Positions 1 to 9,999 of a DNA stretch of 64,000 bases are shown here, one piece after another; the stretch's first letter is position 1; every line of letters begins with the position of its first letter. This stretch comes from Parcubacteria group bacterium Gr01-1014_13. GTDB lineage: Bacteria; Patescibacteriota; Patescibacteriia; Magasanikbacterales; GWA2-37-8. The notes beneath the pieces were generated by a model. It was not told the origin of the DNA and did not search any database. It saw only the letters and a program-made list of their open reading frames with translations. The stretch is taken from contig VMGB01000003.1 in NCBI GenBank assembly GCA_007376295.1, positions 71,106 through 135,105 on the forward strand. Direction: 5' to 3'. The position numbers were made by a program, and so were the translations under genes.

Positions 1-407
1 TCAACTTTACTTCCCAAAATAATACCGTCGCTATCTGCGACCAGATATTTAACCATATCCGCTAAATCAATCGTGGTCAAGACATCCCCATTTAAAATTA
101 TCGTTGGCTCATCGGGTTTGCTTACATATTCCAAAGCGTGCTTGATGGCGCCACCGGTGCCTAGTCTTTCCTGTTCAATCGCATAAATCAAATCCATTCC
201 ATCTTTGTGTAAACCAATAGTTTGATGTAAAACTTCGGCCAAATGGCCAGCAGCCAACACCACTTCAGTAACACCAATACTTTTTAATTTTTCTAACTGC
301 CACTCCAAAACTGTCTTGCCTTTTATTTCCAGCAAAACTTTGGGAATACTTTTAGTAATTTCTCCTAAACGAGTAGATAATCCTCCGCAAAGAATAATGG
401 CGTTCAT
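1..407 (-). CDS. sugar-phosphate nucleotidyltransferase (NTP_transferase family), partial; the C-terminus lies beyond the window start
   Basis: Minus-strand translation begins MNAIILCGGLSTRLGEITKSIPKVLLEIKGK...GTGGAIKHALEY. This is the G-rich nucleotide-binding N-terminus typical of glucose-1-P thymidylyl/uridylyltransferases. The ATG is at 405-407. Confidence 0.6.
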   Translation of the reverse strand, partial: MNAIILCGGLSTRLGEITKSIPKVLLEIKGKTVLEWQLEKLKSIGVTEVVLAAGHLAEVLHQTIGLHKDGMDLIYAIEQERLGTGGAIKHALEYVSKPDEPTIILNGDVLTTIDLADMVKYLVADSDGIILGSKV

Positions 408-937
408 ATATTTAACAAATTCATTAGACAATAAGCTAAAGCAGCTACAAATGCTGCTACACCTAACCCACCTAAAACATCTAACGGATAATGCAACCCA
501 GCGTACACCCTTCCCCACACTACCCATAAAGCCATAGGCAATAAAGCCCAGGCTCCAGGAAAATCGAAAATACAAGCCATAAAGAATATAAGGAAAGCTG
601 ACATGCTATGATCTGACGGAAAAGTCTTCCAGCTCATTAGTGGCTTGAATAAAAGTTTAGTCTGCGGGTTGTTAATATATGGCCGTGGTTCCCGCACTGA
701 CAAACCAATCAAAAGATTAATCAACCAACCAATAATCCAGGCAACACCAAAAAATACTAGGGGCAAAAACACTAAACGTTTATCTGGCATACGGACTACC
801 AAGTCACTAGCAATATACCAACCAAGCATAGCAACTACCACCCACTCTGCACCAGCTCGGCCAAAACTATCCAGCAGCTTGGATTTGCCTGATAAACTGT
901 TAATTTTTAAGAAAATTTTTGTGTTTAAATCCATCAT
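404..937 (-). CDS. PAP2-family phosphatase (undecaprenyl-diphosphatase or phosphatidic acid phosphatase type)
   Basis: Multi-TM protein carrying the three PAP2 motifs KxxxxxxRP (REPRPY), PSGH-like (PSDHS) and SRxxxxxHxxxD (GRVYAGLHYPLDV). Confidence 0.7.
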   Translation of the reverse strand: MMDLNTKIFLKINSLSGKSKLLDSFGRAGAEWVVVAMLGWYIASDLVVRMPDKRLVFLPLVFFGVAWIIGWLINLLIGLSVREPRPYINNPQTKLLFKPLMSWKTFPSDHSMSAFLIFFMACIFDFPGAWALLPMALWVVWGRVYAGLHYPLDVLGGLGVAAFVAALAYCLMNLLNI

Positions 938-1138
938 AATTTACAATTATCTTATCAGCTTAAACCCAATTTGGCAACGATATGGCTTTACCTCTGGGGC
1001 TTGAAAATTATTATAAATAATGATATGCTTGGAACATTCACGGTATTAGTTTTGGACCAAAAATATTGCTCATTCAAAATTTATATGTTAAAATGAACTA
1101 ATAAATAATGCCCAGATAATTTATTTGATAGTTCAAAT

Positions 1139-1813
1139 ATGGCACGATTCGCAGACCACCAAAAAGCCCTTACGCTCCGAAAAGAAGGAATGAGTTATAG
1201 TCAAATAAAAAATATATTAAAAATTGGCAAGGGGACTTTAAGCCACTGGCTTCAAGATTACCCATTATCAAAAGAGCGTATTAAAGAATTAAGAGATGGT
1301 GGCGGCAAGAGAATTGAAAAGTACAGAGAAACAATGAGACAAAAAAGAGGGGCTAGATTAAAAGTAGTTTATGAATCCCAAAAAAAGATTCTCCTACCTC
1401 TAAATAAAAGAGAACTATTAATTGCCGGTCTGTTCCTTTATTGGGGCGAGGGATCAAAAAGCCACGCTACCGACCTTAGACTTTCAAATACAGACCCTTC
1501 AATGATAAAATTTTTTATAAAATGGCTAACCGTATGTCTACAGGTACCGAAATCTAAATTAAAGGTACAACTGCACTTATACAGCGACATGCATATCGAT
1601 AAAGAAATTAATTTTTGGTCTAACACCTTAAATATACCTGACACACAATTTATAAAACCCTATATAAAAACTAGTTTGCTAACAGACATAAACCATAAAG
1701 GTGGTTTTGGTCATGGTACATGTAATATAAAAATTGGAAATGCAAGACTGTCTGAAAAAATACTAATGACATTAAAAGTAATTACTGATAAATATACAAA
1801 ATTGCGCCTGTAA
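1139..1813 (+). CDS. hypothetical DNA-binding protein with an N-terminal HTH and a C-terminal degenerate LAGLIDADG-like segment; possible homing-endonuclease-like selfish gene
   Basis: The N-terminus (LRKEGMSYSQIKNILKIGKGTLSHWL) looks like a resolvase or sigma-region-4 HTH. ELLIAGLFLYWGEGSK resembles a LAGLIDADG block. Its stop codon lies inside the 5' end of the adjacent tRNA. Confidence 0.35.
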   Translation: MARFADHQKALTLRKEGMSYSQIKNILKIGKGTLSHWLQDYPLSKERIKELRDGGGKRIEKYRETMRQKRGARLKVVYESQKKILLPLNKRELLIAGLFLYWGEGSKSHATDLRLSNTDPSMIKFFIKWLTVCLQVPKSKLKVQLHLYSDMHIDKEINFWSNTLNIPDTQFIKPYIKTSLLTDINHKGGFGHGTCNIKIGNARLSEKILMTLKVITDKYTKLRL

Positions 1814-1876
1814 CTCATCGGTTAGAGTGTCACGCTTATAACGTGGAAGCAGATGGTTCGACTCCATCCAGGCGCA
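1804..1876 (+). tRNA. tRNA-Ile, anticodon TAT (UAU), 73 nt, CCA not encoded
   Basis: Manual cloverleaf: acceptor GCGCCTG/CAGGCGC (7 Watson-Crick pairs), D-stem ACTC/GAGT, anticodon stem TCACG/CGTGG with loop CTTATAA, 5-nt variable loop, T-stem GATGG/CCATC with loop TTCGACT, discriminator A. Confidence 0.75.
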
Positions 1877-1923
1877 CAGATAAAACGACGGCGTTAAAAA
1901 AAGACCCAAACAAGGAAGAGCAA

Positions 1924-2232
1924 ATGCCAAAGAAGTCAAGAACAAAAAAACAAGCCACTAAAAAGGTTAAAAAGCCCGAAACCAAAAATCAAGAAGCGAT
2001 AGTTAGTAAGCTAGAAGAACTGTTCGTTGAAATTTTTGCCCATAATGACCTTGATCGGAAGGTATATATTTGTGGCCGTGGAACAAATCCTTTTGAAGCC
2101 GCCAACGTAGTCTATGGCATGCTCGACATCATTTATGGTGACGATAATGAATGGCGACGCGATAATCAAAAACGCATCGACGACTACAAAGCCGAATGGC
2201 GCAAAATACGTGAGGAAAACGTAGAGGATTGA
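1924..2232 (+). CDS. hypothetical lysine-rich small protein
   Basis: The track ORF 1843-2232 begins inside the tRNA, so I moved the start to the internal ATG at 1924 (MPKKSRTKKQATKK...). No recognizable domain. Confidence 0.35.
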   Translation: MPKKSRTKKQATKKVKKPETKNQEAIVSKLEELFVEIFAHNDLDRKVYICGRGTNPFEAANVVYGMLDIIYGDDNEWRRDNQKRIDDYKAEWRKIREENVED

Positions 2233-2258
2233 ACACGGTATCTTTGTGCAAAATCAAG

Positions 2259-2290
2259 CGGCACGATACTATCGGTCCGCTTTTTTATTT
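2259..2290 (+). terminator. rho-independent terminator
   Basis: Hairpin AGCGG...CCGCT followed by TTTTTTATTT. Confidence 0.5.
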
Positions 2291-2389
2291 CAATTAAACT
2301 CTTCTTTACTGCCAGCCACCATCATAACCTTGCCCTATTAAAAATAAAATGTTAGCATAGGATTAGTTACTTACAACAGAGGACAATTC

Positions 2390-3505
2390 ATGAGTACAAT
2401 TTTGACTCACGATGAAATTTATCGTTTGCCAAAAATAGACCTGCATCGCCATGTGGATGGCGCTATAAAACCAGAAACTTTGATAAGACTGGCCAAGGAA
2501 TTTGGGGTAAAGCTGCCTACCTACGAACTCGATGAGTTCACCAAGCTATACCAAATCACCGAACCAGACATGTCCATTGATCAAATTTTCCAACGATTCG
2601 GTTGGGGAATTGCGGTGATGCGCACGCCACACGGACTCCATGATGTTTTTCGCGAACAGGTACACGATCTGGCAGAGGAAAATATTTTGTGTGCCGAACT
2701 CCGATTTGCTCCCGGCTACCACAGCATCTATCCCCCTCCTTGGTACAAACCGGAAATGTATGAAACAGAACCATTTCCGGCAATGTCTTTGCACCAAACA
2801 GTGTGCTACGCCCTGGCTGGCATAGAACGAGGGATGAAGGAAACCGGTATCGCTGTTAACCTCACGCTCTCTATTCCTCGCGAATCACTTTCTGTGTGGG
2901 GAAAAAATAGTGTAGAAGCGATTGTAAAATTGGCACTTCAGTTTCAAAACGAAGGTGTGGTGGCAATAGATTTGGCCTGTGATGAATATACTTACACGCC
3001 AGATCCATATATTCCATACTTTCGCGCTACCAGAGGTTCGCGTATTCGACGCAACCCTCATGGCGGTGAAATGGGCTCGCCTGAGCAACGTCTAAAAAAT
3101 ATCGCGACCTGCTTAAATGGACTTAATGCCGATGGCATTGGCCATGCTCTTGAAATTTACCAGTCAATATATTTGATGTTTTTGGCCAGATGCAGAAACA
3201 TCCGTATTGAACGCACACCGCTAAGCCCAGTCCCTGGATGTTCACTTGCAGACGGACATCTGGATGTGTTGTTAAAACACAAAGTTCCGGTAGTAATTAC
3301 TTCTGATGATCCGGTGCTAATGCAGGCTTCCCTGACTGATAACTGGCTGGCCGCGCTAAACTATCATCAGTTTACTGATGAACAGTTTTGGCAAATGACA
3401 GCCAATGCTGTAAATACAGCTTTTTATCGTGACGAAGCTCAGAAAACACGAGTTCAAGAAGAATTTGTTAAGCGAGGATTAAGCGAATCTTTGCTAAGGA
3501 GATAG
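2390..3505 (+). CDS. adenosine/adenine deaminase family protein (amidohydrolase)
   Basis: N-terminal PKIDLHRHVDG matches the adenosine deaminase metal-binding signature (PKxELHxHLDG). ITSDDP is near the C-terminus (compare SLNTDDP). Confidence 0.7.
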   Translation: MSTILTHDEIYRLPKIDLHRHVDGAIKPETLIRLAKEFGVKLPTYELDEFTKLYQITEPDMSIDQIFQRFGWGIAVMRTPHGLHDVFREQVHDLAEENILCAELRFAPGYHSIYPPPWYKPEMYETEPFPAMSLHQTVCYALAGIERGMKETGIAVNLTLSIPRESLSVWGKNSVEAIVKLALQFQNEGVVAIDLACDEYTYTPDPYIPYFRATRGSRIRRNPHGGEMGSPEQRLKNIATCLNGLNADGIGHALEIYQSIYLMFLARCRNIRIERTPLSPVPGCSLADGHLDVLLKHKVPVVITSDDPVLMQASLTDNWLAALNYHQFTDEQFWQMTANAVNTAFYRDEAQKTRVQEEFVKRGLSESLLRR

Positions 3506-3521
3506 TATTAGTTATGGCCGC

Positions 3522-3572
3522 CCTGAAACCCTATATAAAGGGAAGTACCGGCGGCCTCTTTTCTTTATCAAA
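3522..3572 (+). terminator. rho-independent terminator
   Basis: GGCCGCC...GGCGGCC stem followed by TCTTTTCTTT. Confidence 0.5.
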
Positions 3573-3593
3573 GATAAATGGTACACTCTTCTC

Positions 3594-4541
3594 ATGAATT
3601 CCCTAAACACAATCATAGCTCCTAAAAATATCGCCGGACAACGGCTGGATATTTTTTTGGCCAAAAAACTCAAAATCAGCCGGTCGCAGGTACAAAAAAT
3701 GATTGGAGCAGAACAGGTTTTTGTAAACAAAAAATTACCTAAAAAACCAGGTGATAACTTAACCGAGGGAGCGGTAATAGAAATAAAAAAGGCAAAAATA
3801 ACTATAGAGGCTAAAGAAAAAAAGAAGGCCGCCCAAGTAAAGTTTGATGTAAAGATAATCACCGCCACCCCAGATTATATAATAGTTGAAAAACCTACTG
3901 GCATGCTCGCCCACCCCACCATGGCTGAAGAGAAAAACACCCTTGCGAATTTCATAATCAAAAAATATCCGGAAATAAAAAAGGTTGGCGATGATCCAAT
4001 GCGTCCGGGTATAGTACACCGATTAGATAAAGAAGCTTCTGGACTCATGGTAATCGCACGAACACAAAAAATGTTCAACCATTTAAAGGAACAATTTAAA
4101 AACAGAACTATCGAAAAGGAATATTTTGCTTTGGTGCACGACCCGATGCCCAGAAATTGGGACGAAATCAATTTCCCTATTTCCCGATCAGAAACTTCCG
4201 ACCGTATGGCCGCTATTCCTACTGGCGAGGCTAGCCGAGGCAAAGAAGCCAAAACAGAATTTCTGGTAGAGAAAAATTTTGTTAATTTTTCCCTCATACG
4301 CGTAAAAACCCACACTGGTCGTATGCATCAAATTCGCGTACACTTTTTGGCTTACAACCATCCGCTGGTGGGCGATCCGCTTTATTTTCAAAAAAAACAA
4401 AAACGAGTTTGGGATAAAAAACTAGCGCGCCTTTTTTTACATTCCACCAAACTGAGCTTTACTGATCTGGGTGGCAAGAAACAAACATTTGAATCGCCTT
4501 TACCACCGGAACTGACAGAATTTCTAAAATTACTTAGATAA
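3594..4541 (+). CDS. rluD: RluA-family 23S rRNA pseudouridine synthase (RluD-like) with N-terminal S4 domain
   Basis: Catalytic motif HRLDKEASGLMVIART (compare HRLDKDTSGL). S4-like N-terminus. The neighbouring genes are rRNA-modification and housekeeping genes. Confidence 0.85.
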   Translation: MNSLNTIIAPKNIAGQRLDIFLAKKLKISRSQVQKMIGAEQVFVNKKLPKKPGDNLTEGAVIEIKKAKITIEAKEKKKAAQVKFDVKIITATPDYIIVEKPTGMLAHPTMAEEKNTLANFIIKKYPEIKKVGDDPMRPGIVHRLDKEASGLMVIARTQKMFNHLKEQFKNRTIEKEYFALVHDPMPRNWDEINFPISRSETSDRMAAIPTGEASRGKEAKTEFLVEKNFVNFSLIRVKTHTGRMHQIRVHFLAYNHPLVGDPLYFQKKQKRVWDKKLARLFLHSTKLSFTDLGGKKQTFESPLPPELTEFLKLLR

Positions 4542-4543
4542 TT

Positions 4544-5146
4544 ATGTCCAAAGGTTTACTCATAATCATCTCTTCTCCTACTGGGGGCGGCAAAGACGCA
4601 GTTATAGCCCGCCTGCTTAAAATTTTTCCAAATTCCACGAGGCTGATCACTACTACTTCACGCGCTCCCCGCCCAACTGATAAAGAAGGTGTAACTTACT
4701 ATTTCGTCTCCCCAGAAGATTTTGAAAAGAAAATAAAAGAGGGGTATTTTTTGGAATACAACAATTGTGTTGGCAATTATTACGGCACACCCAAACAATA
4801 CTTATCAGACCTATTAGCCAATCACGATTTAGTTTTCTCCAACCTGGATGTAAATGGCAAACATAGCATGGACAAATTGGGTGTAAAAAATATGTCATTC
4901 TTTCTCTTGCCCGAAAGCATGGAAATCCTAAAACACCGTGCCGAAAAACGGGGCGGTATGACAGAAAAAATGATTCAAGACAGAATTAAGCTGGCTGGCG
5001 AAGAAATAGACCAGTCTAGAGATTACGACTACCCTATTACCAATTACGAAGGCAAGCTCCAACAAACTACCGACAGCATAGCCGGGATTATTCAAAGACA
5101 CCTCAAAAACACCCCGCCTATTGACAAAATTCAGGAAAATAGCTAA
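4544..5146 (+). CDS. gmk: guanylate kinase
   Basis: ISSPTGGGKDAV P-loop variant, TTTSRAPRPTDKEGVTYYFVS and FLEYNNCVGNYYGT match Gmk blocks. The length fits. Confidence 0.8.
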   Translation: MSKGLLIIISSPTGGGKDAVIARLLKIFPNSTRLITTTSRAPRPTDKEGVTYYFVSPEDFEKKIKEGYFLEYNNCVGNYYGTPKQYLSDLLANHDLVFSNLDVNGKHSMDKLGVKNMSFFLLPESMEILKHRAEKRGGMTEKMIQDRIKLAGEEIDQSRDYDYPITNYEGKLQQTTDSIAGIIQRHLKNTPPIDKIQENS

Positions 5147-5174
5147 TATACGGCAACATTTAACTTAACTTCTT

Positions 5175-5510
5175 ATGACAGAAACTACAACAGCTACCGC
5201 CTATAAACCGGGAATGGTAGTAAAGGTTCACCAGAAAATTAAAGAAACAAATACCAAAGGCGAAGAAAAAGAACGTGTTCAGATTTTTGAAGGTATTATT
5301 ATCGCCGCCAAACACGGACAAGAATCCGGCGGTACCATCACAGTCCGAAAGATAGCTAGCGGCGTGGGTGTAGAAAAAATATTTCCTATTCACTCCCCAG
5401 CTATAGATAAGATTGAAGTGGTCAAACAATACGAAGTCAGTCGCGCTAAATTACACTTTTTACGCGATCCGGAATTTAAACGAAAAATGAAAGAAAAGAA
5501 AACTAAATAA
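5175..5510 (+). CDS. rplS: 50S ribosomal protein L19
   Basis: VQIFEGIIIAAKHGQESGGTITVRKIASGVGVEKIFPIHSP aligns to the L19 core. 111 aa. Confidence 0.9.
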   Translation: MTETTTATAYKPGMVVKVHQKIKETNTKGEEKERVQIFEGIIIAAKHGQESGGTITVRKIASGVGVEKIFPIHSPAIDKIEVVKQYEVSRAKLHFLRDPEFKRKMKEKKTK

Positions 5511-5523
5511 ATTCTTCAAACAA

Positions 5524-5552
5524 AAAATCCTCCGAGCGGAGGATTTTTTGTT
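5524..5552. terminator. bidirectional rho-independent terminator between rplS (+) and uvrA (-)
   Basis: AAAAATCCTCCG-AGC-GGAGGATTTTTTGTTT. A near-identical element recurs at 15154. Confidence 0.6.
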
Positions 5553-5571
5553 TGATTTAAGTTTTAAGTTA

Positions 5572-8412
5572 TTATATCGTCTTCAAATACTTTCCTGTCC
5601 AACTGGCTTTTGCTTTCATTATATCCTTGGCCGTACCTTGAGCCACTAACTTACCACCGTGTCGGCCACCAAGTGGACCCATATCAATTATCCAATCGGA
5701 ACAAGCGATGATTTCTAAATTGTGTTCAATTATCACCACTGTATTGCCTCTACTTACCAAACGATTGAGCACTTGAAGCAAGTGCTTAATATCTTCAAAG
5801 TGCAAACCGGTAGTAGGTTCATCCAAAATATATAAAGTCTTACCAGTAGAACTGCGTGACAATTCTGTGGCGAGCTTTACTCTCTGCGCCTCACCGCCAG
5901 ATAAATTGGTGGCAGGCTGACCCAAGTGCATATATCCCAGACCAACCTCACGCAAAATATTTAACTTGTCAGAAATATTTGGTATATCACTAAAAAATGT
6001 TCTCGCCTCATCTACCGTCATATTCAACACATCAGCAATATTTTTGTTGCGATAGTGAACTTCTAACGCTTCACGGTTATATCTGGCACCATTACATTCA
6101 TTGCATTGTACGTAAACATCAGCCAAAAATTGCATCGGGATGCGCATATACCCCTCACCAGCACAGGCTTCACAGCGGCCGCCGCCTTTGACATTGAAAC
6201 TAAATTTACCCGCATCATAGTTGTTCATTCTTGCTTCTGGTAAGTCGGCAAACAAGTCTCTGATAAGAGTAAAGACGCCGGTGTAAGTAGCTGGGCTGGA
6301 ACGCGGAGTGCGGCCAATTGGAGATTGGTTGATAGCAATCACTTTATCTATATTAGCTATGCCTTTAATCTCTTTATGTTCTCCTGGTTCGTCTTTGGCG
6401 CGATAAAAATGCTTGGACAAAGCTTTGCCTAAAATATCTATTACCAAAGTAGATTTACCCGAACCAGAAACACCGGTCACGCAAACCAGTTTGCCTAACG
6501 GAAACTCTACATTCACATTTTGTAAATTAAAGGCTGTAGCGCCAATAATTTTTATAGATTTATTATTCTTGTTCTTACTGTTATCTTTAGCGCAGGTAAT
6601 TTTTTCTCGGCCGGATAAATAGTCTCCGGTGAGAGATTTTTTTGTCTTTTTTATTTGCGCCACTGTGCCTTGAGCCATAATTTGTCCGCCGCCCACGCCT
6701 GCACCGGGCCCAACGTCGATAATATAGTCGGCAGCTTCCATCATGGCGCTGTCGTGCTCGACCACAATTACGCTATTACCCATATCACGCAGTGAACGCA
6801 AAGTTTCAATCAACATTTTGTTGTCCTTGGGGTGAAGACCGATACTTGGTTCGTCTAATATATAGATAACGCCGATTAGTCCGGTAGACAACTGGGTGGC
6901 CAATCTGGTACGGGTTACTTCTCCGCCAGATAATGTATTCATTGATCTGTCCAAAGCTAGATAGCTTAAGCCAACTTTTTCTAAACTTTCTAATCTTTGG
7001 ATTATTTCTTTTAAAATCGGTTTAGCAACAGTTTCTTTCTGAGTCTGGCTTAATCCGCCAGCCCCAACATTTACCGGAAGTTTGGCAGATACTTTTTTGA
7101 AAAAAATAATATTGTCTTCAACGCTTAATGCAGACAGATCAGCAATGTTATATTCCCCTATTTTTACAGCCAAGGAATTCTTGTGTAGACGCTTACCCTT
7201 ACAAACCGGGCAGATAGCCTCGCGCATGTACTGCTCTATTTCCTTGCGCACATATTCAGAATCAGTTTCCAAATGTCTTTGTAGTAAATTTGGAATAACA
7301 CCGGGGAAGGCAGTTTTTTTGCCGTCAATTACATACTCTTCTGATCCAGTACCTTGTAAAATGATATTTTTTATCTTCTGGTTAAATTCTTTAACTGGTG
7401 TATTTACAGAAAAGCCGTGTTTCTCGGCCACAGCGGCAATAATTTTTTGATACCAATTTTGATTGCCGGTAATTCTCATCCAAGGCTGAATAGCGCCTTC
7501 GGCCAAAGTGAGGCGGTCATTAGGAATCACTAATTGTTCATCTACTTCCTGAGTAATGCCTAAACCAGTACAACGCGGACAAGCACCATAAGGGCTGTTG
7601 AAACTAAAACTACGCATATCCAAAGTCGGCATAATTTTACCGCACTTTGGACACAAGCCGGAAGTAGAAAAAGTTTCATCGTTTTTGCCATCGGCCAGCA
7701 TTACTAGACCGTTACTCAAATCCAAAGCGCTCTCTACCATTTTCATTAAATCTTGTTTTTGAAAATCAGTTACTTTGCCTATAACTAACTCTACGCTGTA
7801 TAACTTATTTGCGGAAAACTCATATTTTGCCAAGTCATTTATTTTCATCACTTTGTCATTTACCCGCACCCATTCATAGCCAGACTTCTCTACTTTTTCG
7901 AGTAGTTCATCGGCTTTTACTTTAGCCTCTTTGGCTATTGGTGAAAGCACAAACAATTCACCGCTTTTACGAGCGCGGCGGCGGACTTCTTCTAAAATTG
8001 CGCCAGGAGTATATGATTGCACAGCTTCGTGGCAATCTGGACAATACTGCTGACCGATACGGGAGAATAACAAACGAAGATAATCGTAAATTTCTGTTAC
8101 TGTGCCCACAGTGGAGCGAGGATTTTGCGTATAACTTTTTTGATCAATAGCGATGGTTGGTGACAAACCTTCAATACTGTCTACATCCGGCTTATCGCGC
8201 ACTTCCATAAACTGACGCGCATAAGAAGAAAGGGATTCGGCATAACGGCGCTGGCCTTCAGCATAAATAGTATCAAAGGCAAGGCTGGATTTGCCCGAAC
8301 CAGACAAACCGGTGATTACCACCAATTTGTTTTTGGGTATTTCCAGAGAAACGTTTTTAAGGTTATGGACTCTGGCGCCTTTGATGATAAGTTTATCGTT
8401 CTGTGGAGGCAT
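5572..8412 (-). CDS. uvrA: excinuclease ABC subunit A
   Basis: 946 aa with two ABC ATPase modules ([20 protein letters not shown]), zinc-finger Cys clusters and LSGGEAQR signature motifs. Confidence 0.95.
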   Translation of the reverse strand: MPPQNDKLIIKGARVHNLKNVSLEIPKNKLVVITGLSGSGKSSLAFDTIYAEGQRRYAESLSSYARQFMEVRDKPDVDSIEGLSPTIAIDQKSYTQNPRSTVGTVTEIYDYLRLLFSRIGQQYCPDCHEAVQSYTPGAILEEVRRRARKSGELFVLSPIAKEAKVKADELLEKVEKSGYEWVRVNDKVMKINDLAKYEFSANKLYSVELVIGKVTDFQKQDLMKMVESALDLSNGLVMLADGKNDETFSTSGLCPKCGKIMPTLDMRSFSFNSPYGACPRCTGLGITQEVDEQLVIPNDRLTLAEGAIQPWMRITGNQNWYQKIIAAVAEKHGFSVNTPVKEFNQKIKNIILQGTGSEEYVIDGKKTAFPGVIPNLLQRHLETDSEYVRKEIEQYMREAICPVCKGKRLHKNSLAVKIGEYNIADLSALSVEDNIIFFKKVSAKLPVNVGAGGLSQTQKETVAKPILKEIIQRLESLEKVGLSYLALDRSMNTLSGGEVTRTRLATQLSTGLIGVIYILDEPSIGLHPKDNKMLIETLRSLRDMGNSVIVVEHDSAMMEAADYIIDVGPGAGVGGGQIMAQGTVAQIKKTKKSLTGDYLSGREKITCAKDNSKNKNNKSIKIIGATAFNLQNVNVEFPLGKLVCVTGVSGSGKSTLVIDILGKALSKHFYRAKDEPGEHKEIKGIANIDKVIAINQSPIGRTPRSSPATYTGVFTLIRDLFADLPEARMNNYDAGKFSFNVKGGGRCEACAGEGYMRIPMQFLADVYVQCNECNGARYNREALEVHYRNKNIADVLNMTVDEARTFFSDIPNISDKLNILREVGLGYMHLGQPATNLSGGEAQRVKLATELSRSSTGKTLYILDEPTTGLHFEDIKHLLQVLNRLVSRGNTVVIIEHNLEIIACSDWIIDMGPLGGRHGGKLVAQGTAKDIMKAKASWTGKYLKTI

Positions 8413-8495
8413 ATTTGATTATTATGAAGAGTGCTAAATTCAGTGAGCTATTGTACCAGGTTTTTGCAAGATGTCAACAGAGGCGACGGCAATAT

Positions 8496-8520
8496 CAAAA
8501 CCCCGCCTTGAAGCGGGGTT
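8496..8520 (-). terminator. rho-independent terminator for the 8548-9990 gene
   Basis: AACCCCGCCTTGAAGCGGGGTT hairpin, with a T-run on the minus strand. Confidence 0.45.
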
Positions 8521-8547
8521 AATTCACAAGTGTATTAAAGCAGAAAA

Positions 8548-9990
8548 CTACTTATATTTTTCTTCCCAATACTGTTTATAATATTCATATGCTGGATCCG
8601 AATCTTTATACACGACTCTTACACTATTTATATCTATACTTTGTCTTATTATCCCTTTCTTAAAATCTTCTATGCTAAACATATATTTTGGATCAACTTT
8701 ATGCCCATGACTGGTAAAATAATAAGCGCTACCTACATATATTTTTGTATCATACCCCAAGTCTACACCATTCCTTCCAAAAAAATGAAACTCGTTTGAT
8801 CCATAAGGATATTCAAGCTCTAATCTTAAGACAAACCCTTTAAACCCACCCAGATTTTCACAACTCCCGGTCGCAGACGCTGAATCCTCTAATTCCTGAA
8901 GAGTTGATTCTATATAATAACTTTTTCCTTCAATTTCAACCCCTTTGAGAAGTGATGAGTCCCCGCCCACATCGCTTGTGATACTAGTATTATGATCTTT
9001 TTGTTCATTGCAAACATAATCCAACCATACATGATCATTTTTAACTGGCCGGGATGAAAACTCACCAGCTATTTTAGCACCAATATCACCTGGGGATAAT
9101 TTAATATAATTTATTAGCCCACCTATTCTTACATTTCCACAGATGTAATTTTCTCTTTTACCTACTTTATCAAAACATGTTTGATTTACCCCAGGACAAA
9201 TATCCCCCATACAAGGAGTCTTGCCTCCGGCCTCCACAAAAAACCTCTCTCCGCAATGAAATATATCTTTATCTGTAAGCTTCCATTTAAAACCATCCGC
9301 TTTTCCGCCAGCTGTTTCTGGAGTAACTGGTTTCGCTTGTTCTGTTGCGCCAGCAGCGTGCATAAATTTAATTTTTCCCTCTTCACCAGGCTTCTCCAGC
9401 TGACTACAAAATTCCGGGGTCAATGATATAGGCTTTACCATCCAAACCTGGGGCAATCGTAAATTTACCAAAGCCGGATTGATGCTGTTAAGAACAAAGT
9501 AAGACATGTAACCTATAAAAAGACCGATTAACGCCCCAGCAATTCTTTTTTTAGCACTGCCGATAGCTTCGCTATTGCCACCAGAAGTAATCCATTGCAC
9601 CCCGGCGATTAATATCATTACTGCCGCCACAATGCTGGCAATGGTGAGCATGTACTTGTACATCAGAACTATAAAATCACCAATATTGGTAAATTCAGAT
9701 TTACCGCCAAAAGAAATTTCGGTTTTGGTTGTGCCTGCAGGCAGACACCGACCCCATTTCAGAGGACCTTCTCCTCCCTGACAAGGAGCCACTGAAGCGT
9801 TGCTAACAAAACCTTCTTCGCCTGTACCACTACCACCATATTGTTTTCGAAATTTCTGACAATCTTCTAAATGCCAACAAAAAGGATTGGTTTCAGGAAT
9901 ATTACTTGTGTTGTCTGTGGCAGCAAAAACGGGAGAAGAAATTAAAACCGTAAAAAATAATATTATGATGATTGTTAATTTTTTTAACAT
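8548..9990 (-). CDS. hypothetical secreted/membrane-anchored Cys- and Gly-rich protein
   Basis: Signal peptide (MLKKLTIIIILFFTVLISSPVFA), one internal hydrophobic helix, and many Cys in the extracellular part. No recognizable catalytic motif. Confidence 0.45.
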   Translation of the reverse strand: MLKKLTIIIILFFTVLISSPVFAATDNTSNIPETNPFCWHLEDCQKFRKQYGGSGTGEEGFVSNASVAPCQGGEGPLKWGRCLPAGTTKTEISFGGKSEFTNIGDFIVLMYKYMLTIASIVAAVMILIAGVQWITSGGNSEAIGSAKKRIAGALIGLFIGYMSYFVLNSINPALVNLRLPQVWMVKPISLTPEFCSQLEKPGEEGKIKFMHAAGATEQAKPVTPETAGGKADGFKWKLTDKDIFHCGERFFVEAGGKTPCMGDICPGVNQTCFDKVGKRENYICGNVRIGGLINYIKLSPGDIGAKIAGEFSSRPVKNDHVWLDYVCNEQKDHNTSITSDVGGDSSLLKGVEIEGKSYYIESTLQELEDSASATGSCENLGGFKGFVLRLELEYPYGSNEFHFFGRNGVDLGYDTKIYVGSAYYFTSHGHKVDPKYMFSIEDFKKGIIRQSIDINSVRVVYKDSDPAYEYYKQYWEEKYK

Positions 9991-9999
9991 AATTAAAAT

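Noticed and set aside
1843-1923. First 27 codons of track ORF 1843-2232
   Set aside because: They overlap the body of tRNA-Ile (1804-1876). A downstream in-frame ATG at 1924 (MPKKSR…) is the more plausible start, if the gene is real at all.
5997-8150. Antisense ORFs inside uvrA (5997-6191, 6413-6622, 7082-7450, 7938-8150)
   Set aside because: They lie opposite a long, unambiguous uvrA reading frame. There are no motifs.
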